DNA of 64,000 nucleotides from an uncultured delta proteobacterium (GCA_963815115.1 CAWFFN010000012.1:64001-128000), one strand, 5' to 3'. Shown: positions 8,501 to 18,806, counted from the first letter of the stretch. Notes: generated by a model from the letters alone, not told the origin. Numbers and translations: made by a program.

Positions 8501-11093
8501 CTACGCGGCGTGGGCGGGTCTCGGTGACGCGGCCCGTGCCCTTGGCCGACTCATCGCCGACGTCCCCGCCGAGCACGACGTCGTCGTCGACTTCTTCCTC
8601 TGCCGCGATGGCGCGTCGTCCGAGGATCCGGACGCCGTCGCCGCCGCAGCGCTCGCGGCCCTCCGGGAGGCGGGCTTCCCGCGCGGGCTCCGGCGGATCG
8701 TGGTCATGATCGCGACCGAGGGCCGCCTCGGCATCGGCGACGTGCTCCACTTCACGTACCGGCCCGACGGCGACGGCTATCGCGAGGAGCGCCTGTATCG
8801 CGGCCTCCATCCCATGATGGGCAAGCGGCTCCAGCTCTGGCGGCTGCGCAACTTCGACATCGAGCGACTGCCGTCGGTGGAGGACGTCTATCTCTTCCGC
8901 GCCGTCGCGCAGGCGAACCCGAAGGACGAGCGCCTGTTCGCCCTCGCCGAAGTGCGCGACCTGACGCCTGTCCGGGACGCGGAGGGGCACGTGGTACAGC
9001 TGCCTCACCTGGAACGCGTCCTCGCCGAAGCGCTGGCCGCCATCCGCCTCCAGCAGGCGCAGCGCGCGCCCGACCGCCGTCTCTACTGGAACCGGGTGCT
9101 CCTGCACGTCTGGCCGCCGATGACGCTCACGCCCGACGAGCTGGATCATCTCGTCCGCAAGCTCGCGCCGGGAACGGCCGGGCTCGGCCTCGAGAAGGTG
9201 GTGTTGCGCGCACGCATCCCCGACCCGGCGGGCGGCGAGCTGCGCGACACCATTCTCCAGGTCACCAATCCCGGTGGCCGCGGCTTCACGATCACGGCGC
9301 TCCCGCCGGCGGAGCTGCCGATCCGGCCGCTCACCGAATACGCCCAGAAGGTCGTGCGCCTGCGCCGGCTCGGGCTCACCTATCCCTACGAGGTGGTCCA
9401 CATGCTGACGCCGTCCGAGGGGCAGCGGTCGGCGTTTCCGCCCGGCGAGTTCGTCGAGCACGACCTGGACGCGACGGGACGCCTCGTGCCCGTCGAGCGG
9501 CCGCCTGGCGCCAACACGGTCAACCTCGTCGTCGGCGTGATCCGGAACCGGACGGCGAGCTACCCGGAGGGCATGACGCGCGTGTGCCTGCTCGGCGATC
9601 CGAGTCGCAGCATGGGCGCGCTGGCGGAGGCCGAGTGCCGCCGCATCATGGCGGCGCTCGACCTCGCCGAGACGATGCGGGTCCCTCTCGAGTGGTTCGC
9701 GATCTCGGCCGGCGCGAAGATCTCGATGGAGAGCGGCTCCGAGAACATGGATTGGATCGCCCGCGTCCTGCGCCGCCTGATCGAGTTCACCCAGGCGGGC
9801 GGCGAGGTCAACGTCGTGGTCGCGGGGATCAACGTCGGCGCGCAGCCGTACTGGAACGCCGAGGCGACGATGCTGCAGCATACCCGCGGCGTCCTCATCA
9901 TGACGCCCGAGGGTGCGATGGTGCTCACCGGCAAGCGCGCGCTGGACTACTCCGGGGGCGTGTCGGCGGAGGACAACTTCGGCATCGGCGGCTACGAGCG
10001 CGTCATGGGGCCGAACGGCCAGGCGCAGTACTGGGCTCGCGACCTCGCCGACGCATGCCGCATCCTCTTCCAGCACTACGAGCATTCCTACGTGGCGCCT
10101 GGCGAGCGTTTCCCTCGCCGGAAAGCGACCGCCGACCCGGGCGACCGCGACGTGCGCGATGCGCCTCACGGCGACGGCTTCGTACGCGTCGGCGACGTCT
10201 TCAGCGACGAGTTCAACCCCGGTCGCAAGCGCCCGTTCGAGATCCGCAGGGTGATGGCCGCGACGATCGATCGGGATCGCCCGCCGCTCGAGCGCTGGGC
10301 CGCGATGCGCGACGCCGAGGTCGCCGTGGTGTGGGATGCCCATCTCGGGGGCCATCCGGTCTGCCTGCTCGGGATCGAATCGCGGCCGGTGCCGCGCCTC
10401 GGTCTCGTGCCCGCCGACGGCCCCGAGCAGTGGACGGCGGGCACGCTCTTCCCGCGCGCGTCGAAGAAGGTGGCACGCGCCATCAACGCGGCGAGCGGGA
10501 ACCGTCCGGTCGTGGTGCTCGCCAACCTTTCCGGCTTCGACGGCTCCCCGGAGTCGCTCCGCGAGCTGCAGCTCGAGTACGGAGCGGAGATCGGCCGCGC
10601 CGTGGTGAACTTCGACGGGCCGATCGTCTTCTGCGTGATCTCGCGCTATCACGGGGGCGCCTACGTCGTGTTCTCCAGCGCGCTCAACGCATCGGTGGAG
10701 AGCGCCGCGGTGGAGGGCTCCTACGCCTCCGTGATCGGCGGCGCGCCGGCGGCGGCCGTGGTGTTCGCAGGCGAGGTGGATGCCAGGACACGGCGCGACC
10801 CTCGCGTGGCCGCGGTGGAGGCGGAGGTCGCGGCAGCCGACGGGCCCGAGAAGGCGCGGCGGCGGGCGGCTCTCGCGGAGGTGTGGGCGGTCGTGCACGC
10901 CGAGAAGCTCGGCGACGTGGCGCGCGAGTTCGACCAGGTCCACAGCGTCTATCGCGCGCAGCAGGTCGGCTCGATCCATCGCATCATCCCCGCCGCCGCC
11001 CTGCGCCCATACCTGATCGACGCGGTCGCGCGGGGCATCCAGCGGACGCTCGAGGCGGCGCGGCCACGGACGGCGGAGCATCCGGCGGCATGA
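5532..11093 (+). CDS. Single-chain multidomain acetyl/acyl-CoA carboxylase (BC-BCCP-central region-CT), ~1850 aa
   Basis: GTGA overlap with the PKS stop (alternative ATG at 5541). Biotin carboxylase motifs RIAVVNRGEAAMR, KAAAGGGGRG, RLQVEHPVTE; biotinyl motif EAMKTE; carboxyltransferase C-terminus (ANLSGFDGS, YHGGAYVV). Confidence 0.92.
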   Translation: MSDMRDQFGRIAVVNRGEAAMRLVHAVRELNHEHGTAMRTIALVTEPDRAAMFAREADEVHDLGPALYDGPGGRRSAYVDLERLEQALRATRADAAWVGWGFVAERAEFAELCARLDVVFIGPSPAAMRLLGDKIAAKRLAERAGIAVVPWSGGAIRTPADAVEHARALGFPLILKAAAGGGGRGIREVGNEAQLLAALEPTASEAAQAFGDGTLFLERRVAAARHVEVQVVADRHATVWALGVRDCTLQRRHQKVVEESPSPALSAAEDAILRAAAVRLARAAGYENVGTVEFLFDPVGREAWFMEVNTRLQVEHPVTECTTGSDLVKLQLHVALGGRLEGDPPAVRGHAIEVRLNAEDPENGFAPAPGQVELLRLPGGPGIRVDRGVDEGDRIAPQFDSMIAKIVAHGAGRGEALARLRRALADTTVVVRGGATNRAFLLGLLDRPEAARGDYDNGWLDRLVVEGAHLPHGGVEIALLAAAVEVYEAEATIEVRGFLASAARGRPAVPPDIGHAAKLRVHGVTHAVEARRLGPHAHRVTVEGRTIAVGVERVGSFERWLTAGGQRHRLVSVSDGEAYRIEVDGVPHRIGRDEGGVVRAPAPAMVLSIAVGPGDLVAAGDRVAVLEAMKTEIPILAPVAGRVRSVLVTANLQVDAGAPLLVLEPTQAAADERAGDGLALDRLVSTPRPTGSADARREALETLRQLILGFDVEPADARRLAAEWSRAGDDAELRRAEDDLLDLFVDVHCVFDHRGIDDEPEEPGSVSAQEYVLSYLRTLDAESGNLPGWFVERLRRALARHGVHSLERSAALEASWVRLFRAHQRVEEQVPVVMRILERRLQAVPEEGAEGSAAMLDRMVALGGAAHPALADLARELRYRWYDRPLFEQTRAAVYRQVEAHLAALASPGDSGRAEHVAWLVDCSQPLVGLLCPRLDRASPPLRRTMLEVLVRRYYRIRDLRGLELRDVGGRTCAVAEYGFDNRRIHLFATYAAWAGLGDAARALGRLIADVPAEHDVVVDFFLCRDGASSEDPDAVAAAALAALREAGFPRGLRRIVVMIATEGRLGIGDVLHFTYRPDGDGYREERLYRGLHPMMGKRLQLWRLRNFDIERLPSVEDVYLFRAVAQANPKDERLFALAEVRDLTPVRDAEGHVVQLPHLERVLAEALAAIRLQQAQRAPDRRLYWNRVLLHVWPPMTLTPDELDHLVRKLAPGTAGLGLEKVVLRARIPDPAGGELRDTILQVTNPGGRGFTITALPPAELPIRPLTEYAQKVVRLRRLGLTYPYEVVHMLTPSEGQRSAFPPGEFVEHDLDATGRLVPVERPPGANTVNLVVGVIRNRTASYPEGMTRVCLLGDPSRSMGALAEAECRRIMAALDLAETMRVPLEWFAISAGAKISMESGSENMDWIARVLRRLIEFTQAGGEVNVVVAGINVGAQPYWNAEATMLQHTRGVLIMTPEGAMVLTGKRALDYSGGVSAEDNFGIGGYERVMGPNGQAQYWARDLADACRILFQHYEHSYVAPGERFPRRKATADPGDRDVRDAPHGDGFVRVGDVFSDEFNPGRKRPFEIRRVMAATIDRDRPPLERWAAMRDAEVAVVWDAHLGGHPVCLLGIESRPVPRLGLVPADGPEQWTAGTLFPRASKKVARAINAASGNRPVVVLANLSGFDGSPESLRELQLEYGAEIGRAVVNFDGPIVFCVISRYHGGAYVVFSSALNASVESAAVEGSYASVIGGAPAAAVVFAGEVDARTRRDPRVAAVEAEVAAADGPEKARRRAALAEVWAVVHAEKLGDVAREFDQVHSVYRAQQVGSIHRIIPAAALRPYLIDAVARGIQRTLEAARPRTAEHPAA

Positions 11094-11806
11094 CTGGCGT
11101 CGATCCCTCGCGCGGAGCGACCCGTCCGGTCGGGGTCCTCATGGCCCACGTCGGCGAGGTGCCGCCGGGAGACGCCTGGCTCGGAGCGCGGGAGCGCGCG
11201 GTCCTCACCACGCTGCGCTTCCCGAAGCGGCGAGCGGACTGGCGCCTCGGACGCTACGCGGCGAAGCGGGCCGCGGCGGGGTGGCTCGGGCGCCCCACCC
11301 GTCTCGAGGAGCTCGCGGGGCTCGAGATCCTCGCCGACGGGGATGGGGCGCCGCGGCTCCATCTCGAGGGCGCGGCGCGCGTCGCGCTGTCGCTCAGCCA
11401 TCGCGACGCGTGGGGAATGGCGGCGGTGGCCAGCCCCGAGGTGGCGCTCGGGTGCGATCTCGAGCTCGTCGAGCCGCGCAGCGAGCTGTTCCTGGCCGAC
11501 TACCTCACCTCGCGCGAGCAGGCGCTCGTGGCGGCCGGCGACCCGGACGATGGCGTGCGGAGGGCCACCCTCGTCTGGTCGGTGAAGGAATGTGTTCTCA
11601 AGGCGCTCCGCGAGGGCCTGCGCCTGGACACGCGCTCGGTCGAGCTGGCGGAGCGGGCCGGCGAGCCCGTGCGCGGATGGTCGCCCGTGGCGGGGCGCGA
11701 AATCCCGGGCGGTCCGGTCTTCGAGGGATGGTGGCGCCCGTACGGCGCGATGCTCGCCTGCGTCCTCGGAGCCCCCGCGCTCGGAGCGCCGCTCACACTC
11801 ACCTGA
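11090..11806 (+). CDS. 4'-phosphopantetheinyl transferase (Sfp-type)
   Basis: ATGA overlap with the carboxylase stop. Motifs SLSHRD, LGCDLE and WSVKECVLKA match PPTase consensus. The long ORF-track extension from 9584 is a shadow. Confidence 0.9.
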   Translation: MTGVDPSRGATRPVGVLMAHVGEVPPGDAWLGARERAVLTTLRFPKRRADWRLGRYAAKRAAAGWLGRPTRLEELAGLEILADGDGAPRLHLEGAARVALSLSHRDAWGMAAVASPEVALGCDLELVEPRSELFLADYLTSREQALVAAGDPDDGVRRATLVWSVKECVLKALREGLRLDTRSVELAERAGEPVRGWSPVAGREIPGGPVFEGWWRPYGAMLACVLGAPALGAPLTLT

Positions 11807-11830
11807 GATGCGACGAAGGAGGGACATGGT

Positions 11831-12229
11831 ATGGCACGATCGAAAACAGGTATCTCGCTCGCCGACATCCGCGAGTCCGTGAAGCGGATCCGCGGCGAGG
11901 GGGAGCGCTTCATGGGGCGCATCCGGCGGGACTCCGAGGTCTTCGCTCGCCGGACGCGGGCCGAGGTCGAGGCGGACGCGCGCAAGGTGCGAGACGACCT
12001 GCGAGCCCGGGTGGACAGGTCGATCAAGGATCTGGAGACGCGGGCGCGGAAGGTCGTCCAGACGTTCGAGAAGCAGGCTGGACGGGTGGCCGATGGCGCT
12101 CGCAAGGGGCTCGCCCGCGGCGCGGTCGAGGAGCTGCCGAAGCTCGGGAAGCGCATCCGGGAGCTCGAGCAACGGCTCGAGCAACTCGAGCAGCAGCTGC
12201 GCGCGACGCTCAAGGACACCGCTCCCTGA
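11831..12229 (+). CDS. Phasin/PhaF-like amphipathic coiled-coil protein (putative lipid or PHA inclusion coat protein)
   Basis: 132 aa, all-helical and highly charged, with a C-terminal leucine zipper LGKRIRELEQRLEQLEQQL; GGAGG RBS upstream. Confidence 0.55.
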   Translation: MARSKTGISLADIRESVKRIRGEGERFMGRIRRDSEVFARRTRAEVEADARKVRDDLRARVDRSIKDLETRARKVVQTFEKQAGRVADGARKGLARGAVEELPKLGKRIRELEQRLEQLEQQLRATLKDTAP

Positions 12230-12251
12230 CCCGGGGTCGTCCCGCCGTCTT

Positions 12252-12265
12252 TCCCATGTGTGCGA
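12252..12265. promoter_or_regulatory. Putative enhancer-binding-protein site TCCCA-N4-TGCGA
   Basis: TTTCCCATGTGTGCGAG (12250-12266) matches TTTCCCAAGTGTGAGAG (20739-20755) at 15/17 positions; it lies 77 bp upstream of the sigma54-like element. Confidence 0.55.
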
Positions 12266-12328
12266 GGGATATTCCGGTTTGTACGAATGCCGGCGGGCGC
12301 AAGCGTGCAGGCGCGGGAGCACCTCGCT

Positions 12329-12344
12329 TGGCACGCGACCGGCA
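12329..12344 (+). promoter_or_regulatory. sigma54 -24/-12-like promoter for the cytochrome c-PFOR operon
   Basis: TGGCACG-CGAC-CGGCA (GG-N10-GC): perfect -24 box, imperfect -12 box. Confidence 0.5.
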
Positions 12345-12366
12345 ATTGGCGTCCCCGGAAGATCAA

Positions 12367-12744
12367 ATGCGCAGACCCCTCGTTCTCGCGGGAGTCCTCT
12401 CCGCAGCGCTCGTCCCCGGTTCGCTCCATGCCGACGTCGCGGCCGGCGCCCGGATGTTCAAGCAGCGCTGCGCCCCGTGTCACTCTCTCGAACCGGGAGT
12501 GCAACGGCACGGGCCCAGCCTGGAGAACCTGATGGGCCGGCAGGCGGGAATGCATCCCGGGTTCGAGTACTCGGAGGGCCTGCCGAGGAGCGGGCTGATC
12601 TGGAACGGGGAGACCCTGGACAGCTGGCTGCGCAACCCTCACGCGGCCGTCCCCGCGGCCGGGATGCCGTTCGAGGGGCTCGAGAACACGACGCAGCGCC
12701 ATGACGTGATCGAGTTCCTCGAGCACGAGGCCGCGCCGCGATGA
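12367..12744 (+). CDS. Class I c-type cytochrome (c2/c550-like), secreted
   Basis: Signal peptide, heme motif CAPCH, GPSL..LMGRQAG, WN.ETLD.WL.NP, distal Met in GMPF. Confidence 0.9.
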   Translation: MRRPLVLAGVLSAALVPGSLHADVAAGARMFKQRCAPCHSLEPGVQRHGPSLENLMGRQAGMHPGFEYSEGLPRSGLIWNGETLDSWLRNPHAAVPAAGMPFEGLENTTQRHDVIEFLEHEAAPR

Positions 12745-15700
12745 GCGCGTTGCACACGCTCGACGGGAACGAGGCGGTCGCCTCGGTGGCGCACCGCCTG
12801 AGCGAGGTGATCGCGATCTATCCCATCACGCCGAGCTCCCCCATGGGCGAGCTGGCGGACGAGTGGTCGGCGGCGGGCCGGGCGAACATCTGGGGCGGCG
12901 TACCCACGGTCGTGGAGATGCAGTCCGAGGGCGGGGCAGCGGGCGCCGTCCACGGCGCGCTCCAGGCCGGCGCCCTCACCACGACGTTCACTTCCTCGCA
13001 GGGCCTCCTCCTGATGATCCCGAACCTCTACAAGATCGCGGGCGAGCTCACCGCCTGCTGCCTGCACGTGGCGGCCCGCACGCTGGCGACCCACGCGCTC
13101 TCCATCTTCGGCGACCACTCCGACGTCATGGCCTGCCGCCAGACCGGCGTGGCGCTGCTCGCGTCCGGTTCGGTCCAGGAGGCACACGACCTGGCCGCCA
13201 TCGCGCACGCGGCGACCCTGGAGACGCGCATTCCGTTCCTCCACTTCTTCGACGGCTTCCGCACCTCGCACGAGCTTTCCAAGATCGCGCTCCTGGATGA
13301 CGACGCCTTGCACGGGCTGATCGATGCCGACGCCGTCGCCGCGCACCGTGCGCGCGCCCTGACGCCCGACCATCCGGTGCTGCGCGGCACGGCCCAGAAC
13401 CCCGACACCTTCTTCCAGGCCCGCGAGGCCGCCAATCTCTTCTATGACGCGTGCCCGGCCCGGACCCAGGCAGTCATGGACCGTTTCGCCACGCAAACCC
13501 GGCGCGCCTATCACCTCTTCGACTACGTCGGGCACCCGGAGGCGGACCGCGTCCTCGTGCTGATGGGCTCCGGAGCCGAGACCGCGCACGCGACCGTCGA
13601 GTGGCTCGTGTCGCGCGGCGAGCGGGTCGGGGTGCTGAAGGTCCGGCTGTTCCGTCCCTTCTCGGGCGCCGACTTCGTGGCGGCGCTCCCGCCGACGGTG
13701 CGCGGCATCGCCGTCCTCGATCGTACCAAGGAGCCGGGCGCGCTCGGCGAGCCGCTGTATCTCGACGTGTTGGCGGCGCTGGCGGAGTCGGGACGCATGC
13801 CCGCGACCGTCACGGGCGGGCGATACGGTCTCGGCTCCAAGGAGTTCACCCCGGCCATGGTGCAGGCCGTGCTGTGCGAGCTGGACGCGCCCGCCCCGCG
13901 CCGCCACTTCACCGTCGGCATCGTGGACGACGTCACCGGGCTGTCGCTGGCTGTCGCCGACGACCTCGACATCGAGCCCACGGACGAGGTCCGTGCCGTG
14001 TTCTACGGGCTCGGCTCCGATGGCACGGTGGGCGCGAACAAGAACTCGATCAAGATCCTGACCGAGGACGCCGACCGTTTCGGACAGGGGTACTTCGTCT
14101 ATGACTCGAAGAAGGCCGGCGCGGTCACCGTGTCGCACCTGCGCTTCGGCCCGCGCCCCATCCGCGCTCCCTACCTGGTCCGCCGGGCGCAGTTCGTCGC
14201 CTGCCACCAGTTCGGCTTCCTCGACCGCCTCGACGTCCTCGCCGTTGCAGCCCCGGGAGCGACCGTGCTGCTGAACGCCCCGTACGGTCCGGAGGCGGTC
14301 TGGGACCACCTGCCGCGCGAGGTGCAGGAGACGCTGCTGGAGAAGCGGCTCCGGCTCTTCGTGGTCGACGCCTACGGTCTGGCGCGGGAGCTCGGCCTCG
14401 GCGGTCGGATCAACGCCGTCACGCAGGCGGCCTTCTTCGCCCTGGCGGGCGTGCTGCCGCCCGACACGGCGGTGGCGCGCATCAAGACCGCCATCGCGAA
14501 GACCTACGAGCGTAAGGGCGCCGCCGTGGTGGAGCGCAACTGCGCCGCGGTGGACGCAACGCTGGCCGCCCTGCACGAGGTCCAGTTGCCCGGGCGGGCC
14601 GACGCGACCCGCGCCCGCCCACCCGTGGTGGCGCTCGAGGCGCCCGAGTTCGTGCAGCGGGTCACCGCAGCGCTGCTCGCAGGCCACGGCGACCTGCTCC
14701 CGGTGAGCGCCTTCCCGGTCGACGGAACGTGGCCGCTCGGGACGGCTCGCTGGGAGAAGCGCGCGCTGGCGCGGGAGGTCCCGGTGTGGGACGCGGCCCT
14801 CTGCATCCAGTGCAACAAGTGCGCGCTGATGTGCCCGCATGCCGCGATCCGCGCGAAGGTGTACTCGCCCGAGGCCCGGGCGGCGGCGCCGCCGACGTTC
14901 AAGGCGACGCCCTATCGTGCGGGGGAATTTCGCGGGCTCGACTACACCATCCAGCTGGCGCCAGACGACTGCACGGGCTGCGGACTCTGCGTCGAGGTCT
15001 GCCCCGCCAAGGATCGCGCCAACCCGCGGCACAAGGCGATCGACATGGTGCCGCAGGAGCCGCTCGCCGAGCCCGAGCGTGCGAACTACGCCTTCTTCCT
15101 GGCGCTCCCCGAGCCCGACCGGACCGTCGCCCCGCGCGACGTGAAGGGCAGCCAGCTTCTCGAGCCGCTCTTCGAGTACTCCGGCGCCTGCGCGGGCTGC
15201 GGCGAGACCTCCTACGTGAAGGTCCTGACGCAGCTCTTCGGCGACCGTGCGCTGATCGCCAACGCCACGGGATGCTCGTCGATCTACGGCGGCAACCTGC
15301 CGACGACGCCCTTCACCACCAACGGCGACGGGCGGGGTCCGGCCTGGTCGAACTCGCTCTTCGAGGACAACGCGGAGTTCGGGCTGGGCTTCCGCCTCGC
15401 CGTCGACCAGCACGCGGCGCGCGCCCGCGCGCTGCTCCGTGAGCTCTCCGGCACCCTCGGCGACGCGCCGGTCGGCGAGCTCCTGGACGCGGCACAGGTC
15501 GACGAGGCGGGCATCGCCGCGCAGCGCGCGCGTGTCGTGACGCTGCGGGCCCGCCTGCGTGGCGTGGACAGACCGGTTGCTCGGGAGCTCGAGCGGCTCG
15601 CCGACTATCTCGTGCGCAAGAGCGTCTGGATCGTCGGCGGCGACGGCTGGGCGTACGACATCGGCTACGGCGGGCTGGACCACGTGCTGTCGCTCGGCCG

Positions 15701-16280
15701 CGACGTCAACATCCTGGTGCTGGACACCGAGGTGTACTCGAACACGGGGGGCCAGCAGTCGAAGGCCACGCCCCTGGGCGCCGCCGCCAAGTTCGCCTCG
15801 GCGGGGAAGCGGACGCCGAAGAAGGATCTGGGGCTGATGGCCATGGCGAGCGGCCACGCCTACGTCGCGCGCATCGCGATCGGGGCCCGCGACGCGCAGG
15901 CCCTGCGCGTCTTCCAGGAAGCCGAGTCCTATCCGGGGCCTTCGCTGATCATCGCCTTCAGCCCGTGCATCGCCCACGGCTACGACCTGCGCTTCGGCGC
16001 CGAGCAGCAGAAGCGCGCCGTCGAGTCGGGGTACTGGCCGGTCTACCGCTACGATCCGCGCCGGCTCGTGCAGGGCGAGTCCCCGCTCGTCCTCGAGTCC
16101 GGGCCGGTGAAGCGCCCGCTCGCGGACTACGTCGGCCAGGAGGCGCGCTTCCGGATCGTCGAGCAGCAGGACCCGGCCGCGTTCCGCGAGCTCATGGCCA
16201 CCGCCGAGCGGGAGCTGCACAACCGGATCGCGCTCTACGAGGCCCTGGCGCACCTCGCCGTGCCGGGGCCGGCGGCATGA
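12741..16280 (+). CDS. nifJ: Pyruvate:ferredoxin (flavodoxin) oxidoreductase, homodimeric NifJ type
   Basis: 1179 aa with DGNEAVA, IYPITPSS, MQSEGGAAG, two CxxCxxCxxxCP ferredoxin motifs, ACAGCGE and the TPP motif GGDGWAYDIG. Confidence 0.97.
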   Translation: MSALHTLDGNEAVASVAHRLSEVIAIYPITPSSPMGELADEWSAAGRANIWGGVPTVVEMQSEGGAAGAVHGALQAGALTTTFTSSQGLLLMIPNLYKIAGELTACCLHVAARTLATHALSIFGDHSDVMACRQTGVALLASGSVQEAHDLAAIAHAATLETRIPFLHFFDGFRTSHELSKIALLDDDALHGLIDADAVAAHRARALTPDHPVLRGTAQNPDTFFQAREAANLFYDACPARTQAVMDRFATQTRRAYHLFDYVGHPEADRVLVLMGSGAETAHATVEWLVSRGERVGVLKVRLFRPFSGADFVAALPPTVRGIAVLDRTKEPGALGEPLYLDVLAALAESGRMPATVTGGRYGLGSKEFTPAMVQAVLCELDAPAPRRHFTVGIVDDVTGLSLAVADDLDIEPTDEVRAVFYGLGSDGTVGANKNSIKILTEDADRFGQGYFVYDSKKAGAVTVSHLRFGPRPIRAPYLVRRAQFVACHQFGFLDRLDVLAVAAPGATVLLNAPYGPEAVWDHLPREVQETLLEKRLRLFVVDAYGLARELGLGGRINAVTQAAFFALAGVLPPDTAVARIKTAIAKTYERKGAAVVERNCAAVDATLAALHEVQLPGRADATRARPPVVALEAPEFVQRVTAALLAGHGDLLPVSAFPVDGTWPLGTARWEKRALAREVPVWDAALCIQCNKCALMCPHAAIRAKVYSPEARAAAPPTFKATPYRAGEFRGLDYTIQLAPDDCTGCGLCVEVCPAKDRANPRHKAIDMVPQEPLAEPERANYAFFLALPEPDRTVAPRDVKGSQLLEPLFEYSGACAGCGETSYVKVLTQLFGDRALIANATGCSSIYGGNLPTTPFTTNGDGRGPAWSNSLFEDNAEFGLGFRLAVDQHAARARALLRELSGTLGDAPVGELLDAAQVDEAGIAAQRARVVTLRARLRGVDRPVARELERLADYLVRKSVWIVGGDGWAYDIGYGGLDHVLSLGRDVNILVLDTEVYSNTGGQQSKATPLGAAAKFASAGKRTPKKDLGLMAMASGHAYVARIAIGARDAQALRVFQEAESYPGPSLIIAFSPCIAHGYDLRFGAEQQKRAVESGYWPVYRYDPRRLVQGESPLVLESGPVKRPLADYVGQEARFRIVEQQDPAAFRELMATAERELHNRIALYEALAHLAVPGPAA

Positions 16281-17275
16281 ACCTCTCCACCACCTATCTC
16301 GGCTTCACGCTCCCGCACCCGCTCATGCCGGGTGCGTCTCCGCTGGTCGACGACCTGGGCACCGTGCGGCGGCTGGAGGACGCGGGCGCGGCCGCGATCG
16401 TGATGCACTCGCTCTTCGAGGAGCAGATCGCGGCCGAGGAGCAGGTTGCGAGCCAGATCGCCGCGCACGGCGACTCCTTCGGGGAGGCGCTGAGCTACCT
16501 GCCGGAGTCCCCGGCGTTCGCGCTCGGACCGGACCGCTATCTCGAGCAGCTCCGCCGCATCCGCGAGGCCGTCGCCGTGCCAGTGATCGCCTCGCTGAAC
16601 GGCGTGACGTCGGCCGGGTGGCTCGAATACGCCCGCCTGCTGGAGGAGGCGGGCGCGCATGCCCTCGAGCTGAACGTGTATCACCTCGCCACGGATCCCG
16701 CCGAGACCGCGAGCCGGGCCGAGGCGCGCGTCCTCGACGTGCTGCGCGCCGTCCGCGGCGCCGTGCGCGTCCCCCTCGCGGTCAAGCTGTCCCCGTTCTA
16801 CTCGGCCTTCGCCCACCTGGCGGCCGAGCTGGACGGGCTCGGCGCCGACGGCCTGGTCCTCTTCAACCGGTTCTATCAGCCCGACATCGATCCCGAAGCG
16901 CTCGAGGTCGTGCCGGCGCTGCAGCTCTCCGATTCCTCGGAGCTCCGGCTCCGGCTGCGCTGGCTCGCCGTCCTGCACGGCCGCATCCGCCCGGCCCTCG
17001 CGGCGAGCGGCGGCGTCCACACCGGCCTCGATGCTCTCAAGGCGGTGCTGGCCGGCGCGCACGCCGTGCAGATGGTCTCGGCGCTGTTGCGCCATGGTCC
17101 CGGACACCTCGCCGTGGTGCGGGCCGAGCTCGAGCGGTGGCTCGAGGAGCACGAGTACGATTCGCTCGCCCAGGCGCAGGGGAGCATGAGCCTGCTGCGC
17201 TGTCCGGATCCGGCGGCCTTCGAGCGCGCGAACTACCTGCACGTGCTCCAGAGCTGGCGGGGCGTCGAGAGCTAG
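16277..17275 (+). CDS. Dihydroorotate dehydrogenase-like FMN protein (NifJ-associated family)
   Basis: ATGA overlap. MNLSTTYLGFTLPHPL, PVIASLNG, VKLSP, FNRFYQPDID, SGGVH. The catalytic NxSCP loop is replaced by LNVYH. Confidence 0.85.
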   Translation: MNLSTTYLGFTLPHPLMPGASPLVDDLGTVRRLEDAGAAAIVMHSLFEEQIAAEEQVASQIAAHGDSFGEALSYLPESPAFALGPDRYLEQLRRIREAVAVPVIASLNGVTSAGWLEYARLLEEAGAHALELNVYHLATDPAETASRAEARVLDVLRAVRGAVRVPLAVKLSPFYSAFAHLAAELDGLGADGLVLFNRFYQPDIDPEALEVVPALQLSDSSELRLRLRWLAVLHGRIRPALAASGGVHTGLDALKAVLAGAHAVQMVSALLRHGPGHLAVVRAELERWLEEHEYDSLAQAQGSMSLLRCPDPAAFERANYLHVLQSWRGVES

Positions 17276-17300
17276 CACCGCACCGGATCGCGCGCTCGCC

Positions 17301-18785
<1,485 letters not shown>

Positions 18786-18806
18786 CGGCCCCGGGCCGCC
18801 GCCGCG

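Noticed and set aside
5463-16253. Very long minus-strand ORFs (938, 911 and 1204 aa) and similar ones elsewhere, e.g. 62468-63958
   Set aside because: Antisense shadows of real genes caused by high GC at third codon positions; no recognisable motifs.
16277-17275. Annotation as pyrD or preA
   Set aside because: The catalytic Cys/Ser loop is absent and the context is nifJ, not pyrimidine metabolism.
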